Shown here: positions 56,740 through 64,000 of the stretch, one piece after another
Layout of the letters: the number at the start of each line of letters is the position of its first letter
Numbering within the stretch: position 1 is the first letter of the stretch
Source: Planctomycetota bacterium
GTDB lineage: Bacteria > Planctomycetota > UBA1135 > UBA2386
Assembly (NCBI GenBank): GCA_965228735.1
Contig: OZ245838.1
Location: 3,328,001 to 3,392,000, forward strand
Direction: 5' to 3'
Length of the DNA stretch: 64,000 nucleotides
The notes under the pieces: model-generated
Told to the model about the DNA's origin: nothing
The model's input: the letters and a program-made list of their open reading frames with translations, nothing else
Database searches by the model: none
Position numbers and translations under genes: made by a program

Positions 56740-58146
56740 ATGCCGACCCGCTGCCCCGTCGTGACGGCTGCCGCCGTCCTGCTCACCGCTTCGTCCGTCA
56801 CAGCCCAGCTCGACTGGCTGCAGGCCGCGATCACGAATCGACCGATGGCGCGTCACGAAGCTGCAATGACGGCGGACGCCACGGGCTCGGGCGTGCTGCT
56901 GTTCGGTGGCAGCACCAACGGCGGCGTCGCCAACGACACCTGGCGCTGGAGCGGCAACGCGTGGCAGCAACTCACACCGGCCAACAAGCCCCCGGCGCGG
57001 TACGGCCCGCGCATGGTCACGGACACGACGCGAAACGTAGTCGTCATGTTCGGCGGTGTTGATCAATTGCTGCTGACACCGTTCGGGGACACCTGGGAGT
57101 GGAACGGCCAGGACTGGACGCAGCGGACACCGGCCGGTTCGCCGGCTCCCCGGAGCGGCCACGCGATGGCGTTCGACAACGCGCGCTCTCGCACGGTGCT
57201 GTTCGGCGGGCGCGCCGGCACGATCCTCCTCGATGACACGTGGGAGTGGGACGGGACACAGTGGCAACAGCAGACGCCAACGGCCGCCCCGCCCGCCCAG
57301 GAGGGTCACGACATGGCATACGACGCCGCGCACGGCTTCGTGGTCATGGCCGGCCTGACGGACATCGTGCCCGTGGGCTCATCGCCCACCATGCCAGGGA
57401 CGTACAAGTGGAACGGCACCCGGTGGTTCTTCGTCGGCGAGCGCCCGCCGGGCAACGGCGGACGGCTGACGTATGACGCAGCCCGCGAACGCGTGGTCCT
57501 CTACGGCGGCGAGGGCGGCAACGGCGTGCCGGCGCCCGTCGGCGTGTGGGACTGGGACGGTCGGCTGTGGCACAGCCGCACTACGGCGACCAACCCGCCG
57601 CTGCGGTTCTGGCACATGCTCGCCTACGATCCGAGCGCCGAGACGATCGTCGCGTTCGGCGGCCGCGATGACACGCAGCCGCCACTGCAGATCCGCAAGA
57701 ACGACACCTGGCTGCTAGGGCCCGTCACGCCGGCCAGGACCCAGATGTTCGGCACCGGCTGCAGCGGCAGTCAGGGCATCCTGGAGCTCGACGCTCCCGG
57801 CCGACCGTGGCTCGGCAGTCCGTTCCTCGCGGAATGGCGGAACACTCCGAGCGCCACGCTCCTCGCTGCGATCCTCGGCGGTTCGAACCAGAGCTGGGGC
57901 ACCACACCGCTGCCGCTCGACCTCGGCGCGTTCGGCATGCCGGGCTGCGACCTGCTCGTCGCTCCCGACGCCATCGCCGCGATCTTGCCATCGAGCCACG
58001 GCTACACGCTGACGATCCGAATCCCGGCCAACACCGCACTGCTCGGTCAGACGCTCTACCTGCAGGGCATGGCCCTCGACCCGACCGCGAACGCCGGCGG
58101 CGCCATCGCGAGCAACGGCCTCGAGTTCACGATCGGCAGTCGGTGA
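56740..58146 (+). CDS. secreted Kelch/galactose-oxidase-like beta-propeller protein
   Basis: Repeated P.AR..HAM.D....LFGG....DTWEW.G..W; signal ending VTAQ. Confidence 0.88.
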   Translation: MPTRCPVVTAAAVLLTASSVTAQLDWLQAAITNRPMARHEAAMTADATGSGVLLFGGSTNGGVANDTWRWSGNAWQQLTPANKPPARYGPRMVTDTTRNVVVMFGGVDQLLLTPFGDTWEWNGQDWTQRTPAGSPAPRSGHAMAFDNARSRTVLFGGRAGTILLDDTWEWDGTQWQQQTPTAAPPAQEGHDMAYDAAHGFVVMAGLTDIVPVGSSPTMPGTYKWNGTRWFFVGERPPGNGGRLTYDAARERVVLYGGEGGNGVPAPVGVWDWDGRLWHSRTTATNPPLRFWHMLAYDPSAETIVAFGGRDDTQPPLQIRKNDTWLLGPVTPARTQMFGTGCSGSQGILELDAPGRPWLGSPFLAEWRNTPSATLLAAILGGSNQSWGTTPLPLDLGAFGMPGCDLLVAPDAIAAILPSSHGYTLTIRIPANTALLGQTLYLQGMALDPTANAGGAIASNGLEFTIGSR

Positions 58147-58246
58147 GCTCGGCGGAGTCGACGTAGAACCGGAACCGCTGCCCCGGAACAGGCCACCGAT
58201 ACGGTCCGATCGATCACGATCGTGCCAACTTGTCACCTTAGACATT

Positions 58247-58275
58247 TTGTCATTTTCAAGATGACAGGCTATGTT
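58247..58275 (+). promoter_or_regulatory. sigma70 promoter overlapped by an inverted-repeat operator of the AbiE pair
   Basis: TTGTCA-N17-TATGTT; TGTCAT-N7-ATGACA at 58248-58266; AT-rich island. Confidence 0.7.
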
Positions 58276-58312
58276 ACGTGCCAACAATAGACGATGACAG
58301 AAGGGACTCCTG

Positions 58313-59365
58313 TTGCCCCCCATGATCGATGGCCTCGAACTCATCCACGCGATCGCCGCGCGAGTCGACCCCGCCAGAGGTGCGGCCACTCCGCACACGC
58401 GAGCCACGAGGCCTGATCAAGACGGGGGTTACAGCGGCTCGATCCAACTGCGGAACGGCCGCCGCGAACCCGCGGTGCTCTACCCGATCCGAGGCGCTCT
58501 CGGGATGCTTGCCGTCGATCGACTGGCCAACGTCACCAGCGGTGAAAGGCGCCCGCGGATCGTTCTGGCCACGCTCATCGGCGCCAAGGTCGGCGCCGCC
58601 CTCGCTCGCCATGGGATCGGCTACCTCGATCTCGCGGGCAATTGTCACCTGGAACTCGACGGCGGCGAGGTAACGATCCACATCGAAGGTCGGCGCCAGC
58701 CCGAGCACACACGCGCTTCGGCCGGAGCCCTGCGCGAAGCCGGCTATCGGGTGTTGTTCGCCCTGCTCGCCGATGAGAGCCTCCTGGCACAGACCGTTCG
58801 CGAACAAGGCGACGTGGCCGGCACGAGTCGGCACGCCGCCCACACCCTGCTCACGCGGCTTCGTGACGAAGGCCTGCTCATTCGCACCGGCCGTAGCGCT
58901 CACGTGTTTGCGCCCCACGGTCGCGCCGCGTGCATCGATCGCTTCACGAACGGCTGGGCCGACGTCCTGCGGAGCCGACTCGACCTCGGCCGTTTTCGAC
59001 TGCGCCAGTCCGACCCGGACGCGGCAGCACAGCATGTCGCAACCGTCATGCGCGCGACGGGAATACCATTCGGCTTCGGAGCGACGCGGGGTTCCGCGCG
59101 TTGGTTGCACCACCTGGAGAGCAACGAGACGACGATCCATGTGACCGATTGGCCTCCTGACCTGGCGCGACGCCTCGACGCGGCGCCGGATCGCGATGGC
59201 ACGCTGCAGGTGTTTCGAACGATGTCGATCCATGATCTATCCGCAGAGTTCGAGGAAACAGCGCATCCGTTGCTCATCCACGCCGAGCTCGCTCGCTCCA
59301 GTGATCCACGCGCCCGGGAGACGGCGATCCTGATGGCCGGACACCTGCGAACGGAACCTGGTTGA
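58313..59365 (+). CDS. abiEi: type IV TA AbiEi-family antitoxin
   Basis: GIGYLDLAGNCHL, wHTH RVLFALL..TVRE..AG.S, C-terminal HPLLIHAEL..DPRARETA. Confidence 0.82.
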   Translation: MPPMIDGLELIHAIAARVDPARGAATPHTRATRPDQDGGYSGSIQLRNGRREPAVLYPIRGALGMLAVDRLANVTSGERRPRIVLATLIGAKVGAALARHGIGYLDLAGNCHLELDGGEVTIHIEGRRQPEHTRASAGALREAGYRVLFALLADESLLAQTVREQGDVAGTSRHAAHTLLTRLRDEGLLIRTGRSAHVFAPHGRAACIDRFTNGWADVLRSRLDLGRFRLRQSDPDAAAQHVATVMRATGIPFGFGATRGSARWLHHLESNETTIHVTDWPPDLARRLDAAPDRDGTLQVFRTMSIHDLSAEFEETAHPLLIHAELARSSDPRARETAILMAGHLRTEPG

Positions 59366-60168
59366 TGGCGCCCGATCACCACGCACTGCTCGCGCGACTC
59401 GCCAGCTCGGTGCCCGGCCGTCGCATCGTCGTGGTCGGCGCAGCCGCACTGCGTTGGCATTTCCCGTCGTTCCGTGCGACCCTCGACCTCGATGTCTGCA
59501 TCGCGATCGATCGCCTCGAACTCGATCGTGCCGACCGGTTGCCGAGCGAATGGTCGCGACACTCGACGCTACCACACCGTTGGACGACACCGACGAACGA
59601 GATCGTCGACGTCTTGCCCGCGGCGCCCGATCTGCTCGACACGGGCAAGGTGTCGTGGCCAGACGGCACGACGCTGGATCTCACCGGCATCGATCTCGCG
59701 ATGCGGGACAACACGACCTACAGCGACCAACTACCGCCGGATGTTCGCGTGGCGACCCGCCGTGCCTTGTTCCTGACCAAGGTGGCCGCGTTTCTCGATC
59801 GGCCGCACGAACGCCAGAAGGACCTCGGCGACCTCGCGTTGCTCATCGATCGTTACGTCGAAGACGACGATCCGAGGTGCTTCGACGCGCCAGAGCTCAG
59901 ACGGGCAGCGGACCACGGCCACGACATCGAGTGGGATCTGCGACCGGCGTTCCTGCTCGGCGCCGACCTACGAGCCGTCTGTACTCGGCGTCACACGGCC
60001 CGCCTGCGAACGTTCAGCGATCAAGTTCGCGATCCACAACATCGCGAACACCACTGGCTCCGGCAGTCCGCTCCCGCCTCGTGGCAATCCGATCCCGCGG
60101 CGCTATCGGACCGGATGAACGCGCTCACATCCGGGTTCGACGGCTTCTCGAATCACGGCCGGTCGTAA
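59365..60168 (+). CDS. abiEii: type IV TA AbiEii-family nucleotidyltransferase toxin
   Basis: VVGAAAL, RATLDLD, VDVLP, KVAAFLDR, KDLGDL; TGATG overlap with antitoxin. Confidence 0.82.
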   Translation: MAPDHHALLARLASSVPGRRIVVVGAAALRWHFPSFRATLDLDVCIAIDRLELDRADRLPSEWSRHSTLPHRWTTPTNEIVDVLPAAPDLLDTGKVSWPDGTTLDLTGIDLAMRDNTTYSDQLPPDVRVATRRALFLTKVAAFLDRPHERQKDLGDLALLIDRYVEDDDPRCFDAPELRRAADHGHDIEWDLRPAFLLGADLRAVCTRRHTARLRTFSDQVRDPQHREHHWLRQSAPASWQSDPAALSDRMNALTSGFDGFSNHGRS

Positions 60169-60217
60169 CGGCCGCCCCGGTGTCGCAACCGCCAGCGACC
60201 CCGTATCCTCGCCGGCG

Positions 60218-62017
60218 ATGCGCGCGCTGCCTCTCTCGCTCCTGCTCACCGCCTGCGCGACCGCGCCGGCGCAATACCCGCCGGGACTGATCCTGCCGCC
60301 GCGTTCGCCGAACGCGGTCACGGGCACGCAGCTGCGTCCCGCGCTCTCGAACCTCGCGCTCGCGGACCGCGAACAGCTCCTGTGGCACGAGCTCGCGGCC
60401 GGAAACGTGCCGACGTTCTTGCGCACGCTCGTGCCGATCACGACGTCCGCGGTGATCCAGGGCCAGACGCGCACCGCGACGTTCTGGTGCACGCCCGACT
60501 ACGTCGGCATCGGCCGGGACAGCGACTGGTTCCGCATGCCGATGACGCCGACGCTCGCGCAGCAGCTGGCCGATCGTCTCGAGTGCGTGCTGCCGACGCG
60601 CAAGATGGTCGACGCGATCTGGACGCACGCGCCGGTCAAACTCGCGCCGTTCCCCTACCACCCGTCGTCCTACAACATCCTCTCGAGCGACCTGTTCCAT
60701 CAGCACCACCTGCAGATCGAATCGCAGCGCGGTGGTGCTCAGCAGAACCTGCTGACCGCGGGCATCAAGAAGGACGTCGTGAGCTCGGCGCGCATCGCGA
60801 CCAACCCGGGGCGCGTCTGCATCTACGGCTGGCACTACCAGAGCGGCACGCCGATCCAGCCGCTCTACAGCGGCCACACGATGTCACACGTCGACTACAG
60901 CCACGGCATCCGGCTCGTGGCCCGCGCGATGGAAGTGGACGGTCAGCGCACGACCGTGGACTCGGTGCTCGCCGATCCGCACCTGCACGTGCTGCTCAGC
61001 GACGAAGGCGCGTTCAGCAGCTGGCGCTATGCGACGGGCACGGTCGAGTCGTTCCCGTTCCGCGATCGCTTCCCGGCGGGCGGGCCCGAACGCACGAGCT
61101 GGCGCGCGAAGTTCACGAGTCCCGTGTCCGTACCGGCTCCCGCGACCGCACCGGCGCCGAGCGGCGATCCGACCGTGCTGCGCATCATGGACCCGGCGGG
61201 CGGCACCGACACGCTGCGCGTCTCTCCCGGACTCGTGACGGACGTCGGCTTCGAGGCGGACCTGCTCTGCCTGCACCGACCGCAGCTGACGGCCGACGGC
61301 TTCGAACGGATCGGCATCTTCGTGCGCGACCGGGCGAACGGTGCGTTCGAGGGCACGTTGTCACAACAGGGCGCGTGCTTCGCGCTCACCTGGGACTCGC
61401 ACACCGGCCGCCTGCAGTGCCTGCGCGCGCACGGCGGCGCGGTCGTCGACCTGTTGCCGGCGCCGCGATTCGTTCCCGGCACCGCGTGGCGCCGCTTTCG
61501 CATCGAGGCCGCGGGATCGGCGCTGGCGTTCTTCCTCGACGGCGAACGGCTGCTGTCCGTGACCGACGGCTCGCACCCGCACGGCGACTTCGGCATCGGC
61601 TACCACGAATACTTCGCGACCAACGCCAACATGCGCGGCACGCTCGTCGACCGCTGCCACGCCGACGTGCCCGGCGCGTTCGCCATGTCATTCCGCCCCG
61701 GCCCGCTGCCCGGCTCGCTCGTGCTGCGGCGCCGCCGCGGCATCCCGGGCGACCCGACGTTCACCGCGATCACGACCGTGCCCGGCCAGTTCCCGAACGG
61801 CTGGTTCTTCGGCCTCGACCCGACGCCGGCCGACCTGCTGTGGCAGGCGCAGTCCGGCCACCCGCTCTTCGTCACGAACCTCGACAGCTCGGGCAATCGC
61901 GACTTCTTCGCGAGCGGGCTGCCGCTCGGCCTGCCCGTGCAGGGGGTCGCGCTCGATCTCGACCCGTCGCTAAGGCGCTGGCAAGCGAGCCGGCCGACGG
62001 CCATCACCGTGCGCTAG
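60218..62017 (+). CDS. secreted multi-domain hypothetical protein (uncharacterised N-domain, ConA-like beta domain)
   Basis: Signal/possible lipobox LTAC; GNVP.FLR, PDY..IG, PMTP, KKDVV, IYGWH, VDYSHGIRLV; W.R.RIEA.G..FLDG. Confidence 0.8.
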   Translation: MRALPLSLLLTACATAPAQYPPGLILPPRSPNAVTGTQLRPALSNLALADREQLLWHELAAGNVPTFLRTLVPITTSAVIQGQTRTATFWCTPDYVGIGRDSDWFRMPMTPTLAQQLADRLECVLPTRKMVDAIWTHAPVKLAPFPYHPSSYNILSSDLFHQHHLQIESQRGGAQQNLLTAGIKKDVVSSARIATNPGRVCIYGWHYQSGTPIQPLYSGHTMSHVDYSHGIRLVARAMEVDGQRTTVDSVLADPHLHVLLSDEGAFSSWRYATGTVESFPFRDRFPAGGPERTSWRAKFTSPVSVPAPATAPAPSGDPTVLRIMDPAGGTDTLRVSPGLVTDVGFEADLLCLHRPQLTADGFERIGIFVRDRANGAFEGTLSQQGACFALTWDSHTGRLQCLRAHGGAVVDLLPAPRFVPGTAWRRFRIEAAGSALAFFLDGERLLSVTDGSHPHGDFGIGYHEYFATNANMRGTLVDRCHADVPGAFAMSFRPGPLPGSLVLRRRRGIPGDPTFTAITTVPGQFPNGWFFGLDPTPADLLWQAQSGHPLFVTNLDSSGNRDFFASGLPLGLPVQGVALDLDPSLRRWQASRPTAITVR

Positions 62018-62220
62018 GAGCCCGGTCTACGAGAAGAGCCCAGCCAGGTCGCTACTGGCGCTCGGCGACTTCGTCCGTCTCGGTTGGCAAGTGGGTCGAC
62101 GTGGACCGCGGCCCGCCAGCTGGCCTGCATCGAGCACCCCACCTGCGTCGATTCGCGACGAAATCCGGTGCGGCGCGGCGGTCGTCTCACGCTCATCGGG
62201 AGGAACCCAGAGGTCGCCCG

Positions 62221-63357
62221 ATGAAACCGACTGCCATCCTCACGCTCGTCGTCCTGCTCTCCTCGGCCGCCGCGGCCCAGACCTTCGTCGTCGATGCGAA
62301 CAACGGGCCGGGCGCGAGCTTCACCTCGATCGCCACGGCCGTGGCCGCGGTCCCCGATGGCGCCGTGCTCGAGGTGCGCGCCGGCGCCTACGACTCGTTC
62401 GCGATCCAGAACAAGAGCCTCACCGTGCTCTGCGACCCGGGCACGTCCGTTGCCGCGACCGGGCTCTTCGCCAACGCGTTCGCGAACGTCTCGGACCTTG
62501 CGGCCGCCCAGAGCGTCACGATTGCGGGGCTCTCATTCAGCGGGTTGCTCGTCACGGGCATCATCGCGTGCGTAGACTGCGCGGGTACGGTCGTCATCGA
62601 TCGTTGTACGATAGGCAGCAGCTTCGGCCCGATGGGCCGCGTCCAGGCGACGGACTGCGACAACGTGGTCGTGCGCGACTGCATGGTCGCGTCACGGGAG
62701 ATCGGGCCCGGCGCCATCCAGTGCGTCGACAGCAACATGCTTCTCTCGGGCTGTGACATCGACGGCGAGTCGTTCGCGATCCGACTCGGTGGCGGCCGCG
62801 TACACGTGACCGACTGCATCCTCGCGAGCACGCCACAGAACATCCAGTTCGCGACGGCGGTCTGCTTCCTCACCGGCGGCGAGCTCGTGCTCAACGGCAG
62901 CACGCGGCTGAGCTCCACCGCGAGCACACCGCAGCCCGCGGCGGTCGGCAACGGCTTCGTCGCGCTCGATCCGAGCACGGTGTTCTCGGGACTCACGAGC
63001 CCGCCCTTCGATCCGAACCTCACGGTCACGACGCGCCCGATCCCGCGGCTCACGTCGTCACGTGGCCTGCTCGGCGGCGTCGCGAACGCTTCGCTCGCGG
63101 TGCCGATCGGCGGCAGCGGCGTGCTCTGCGTCGGTTTCGCCGGCGGTCCGGCGGCGGTGCCCGGCGTGATCGATCCGATCTGGCTCCAGACCGGCGCTGT
63201 GCTCGAAGCACTGGGCAGCGGACCCGTTCTCGCCGGTGCCTACGCGGTGCCCAACGCGCCGTGGGTGATCGGCGTGCAGATCGCGTGGCAGGGCGTCGTG
63301 CTCGATCCAAACGGCGCCGTGCGGGCGAGCAACGCGGCGGTGTATACGCACTACTGA
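62221..63357 (+). CDS. secreted beta-helix protein
   Basis: Signal ending AAAQ; VVDANNGPGASFTSIATAV..GAVLEVRAGAY; repeated V..C.I; GAGG SD. Confidence 0.8.
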   Translation: MKPTAILTLVVLLSSAAAAQTFVVDANNGPGASFTSIATAVAAVPDGAVLEVRAGAYDSFAIQNKSLTVLCDPGTSVAATGLFANAFANVSDLAAAQSVTIAGLSFSGLLVTGIIACVDCAGTVVIDRCTIGSSFGPMGRVQATDCDNVVVRDCMVASREIGPGAIQCVDSNMLLSGCDIDGESFAIRLGGGRVHVTDCILASTPQNIQFATAVCFLTGGELVLNGSTRLSSTASTPQPAAVGNGFVALDPSTVFSGLTSPPFDPNLTVTTRPIPRLTSSRGLLGGVANASLAVPIGGSGVLCVGFAGGPAAVPGVIDPIWLQTGAVLEALGSGPVLAGAYAVPNAPWVIGVQIAWQGVVLDPNGAVRASNAAVYTHY

Positions 63358-63458
63358 TCTGCTCGCTGGTCGCAATTCTCCTACGACCACCGCACGCTGC
63401 CGCCCACCGTGGCGTCCGGAGCGAAGCCCGCGACATCCCTCGCCGGACGGACGCCGAC

Positions 63459-63914
63459 TCAATCGAACACGAACGGCGGCCGCCCGCGCTTTTCCCGCAT
63501 GCCGTTCATCGCGCGCAGGATCGCGGGGCGGCGCACGATGCGGCGCTCGAGCGCGTGCTTGCCCGGGAAGTCCATGATCAGCAGCCCGACGAGGATCATC
63601 AGCAGGCCCTGGCCGGGCAGCAGCAGCAGGATGAGGCCGACGATCACGAGCACCGTGCCGAACGTGTTGCGCAGGACGAGCCAGAGCCAGCCGAGCAGCG
63701 ACCGTTGCCGTGCGCGCGCCGCCGTCGAAATCGCGAAACGGTCGGCCGGCAGCCGCGCGACGAGCAACGGCAGGAACACGATGGCGAGCAGGACCGTGCC
63801 GACACCCGTGCCGAACATCGTCCAGAACACGACGGGGCTCGCGAGCCAGTCGAGCACCGGCTCCCACCACGCGGACGGTGCCGCGGGGTCGCCCGTCGCC
63901 GGGTCCTGCGTCAA
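63459..63914 (-). CDS. PGPGW-domain membrane protein
   Basis: RLPADRF, RN..G.VL..G..LLPGQGLL, DFPGK, RGRPPF. Confidence 0.85.
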   Translation of the reverse strand: MTQDPATGDPAAPSAWWEPVLDWLASPVVFWTMFGTGVGTVLLAIVFLPLLVARLPADRFAISTAARARQRSLLGWLWLVLRNTFGTVLVIVGLILLLLPGQGLLMILVGLLIMDFPGKHALERRIVRRPAILRAMNGMREKRGRPPFVFD

Positions 63915-64000
63915 CTCCCGACCGTCGCGCGACCGGCGTCGGAGGCCGTGACGCCCGCAGCGTTGCCCGCGAGCGGGTCGAACACCGCGGCCTGCACGTA
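63911..64000 (-). CDS. C-terminal end of a secreted protein (runs off window end)
   Basis: My translation YVQAAVFDPLAGNAAGVTASDAGRATVGS-stop, matching the shared C-terminal domain; stop overlaps TTG 63914. Confidence 0.75.
   Translation of the reverse strand, partial: YVQAAVFDPLAGNAAGVTASDAGRATVGS

Noticed and set aside
58147..60217. AbiE region as a mobile element
   Set aside because: No integrase, transposase, terminal repeats or target duplication recognised

Overview
High-GC bacterial DNA, most likely a planctomycete (inferred from the TIGR02999-type ECF sigma/Ser-Thr kinase pair, bacterial topoisomerase VI, FG-GAP lipoprotein and the style of secreted proteins). About 49 densely packed CDS; no rRNA, tRNA, CRISPR array or transposase seen. 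Main blocks: (1) 1-10 kb, a sigma54-controlled stress/signalling cluster with four -24/-12 promoters, a pseudo-receiver enhancer-binding protein, a Ser/Thr kinase, two PP2C phosphatases and a catalytically dead diadenylate-cyclase fold; (2) 20-27 kb, a NorC/NorB-like heme-copper oxidase with non-canonical metal ligands, convergent on an anchorless Tat molybdoenzyme/Fe-S/TorD operon; (3) many secreted proteins with unrelated N-terminal domains but a shared C-terminal domain and Gln-initiated mature N-termini, a candidate sorting system; (4) ECF-kinase-S8 protease, top6BA and an AbiE type IV toxin-antitoxin pair. Many genes look leaderless (TANNNT 6-10 nt before the start codon). All calls come from motif reading only; no searches were run.
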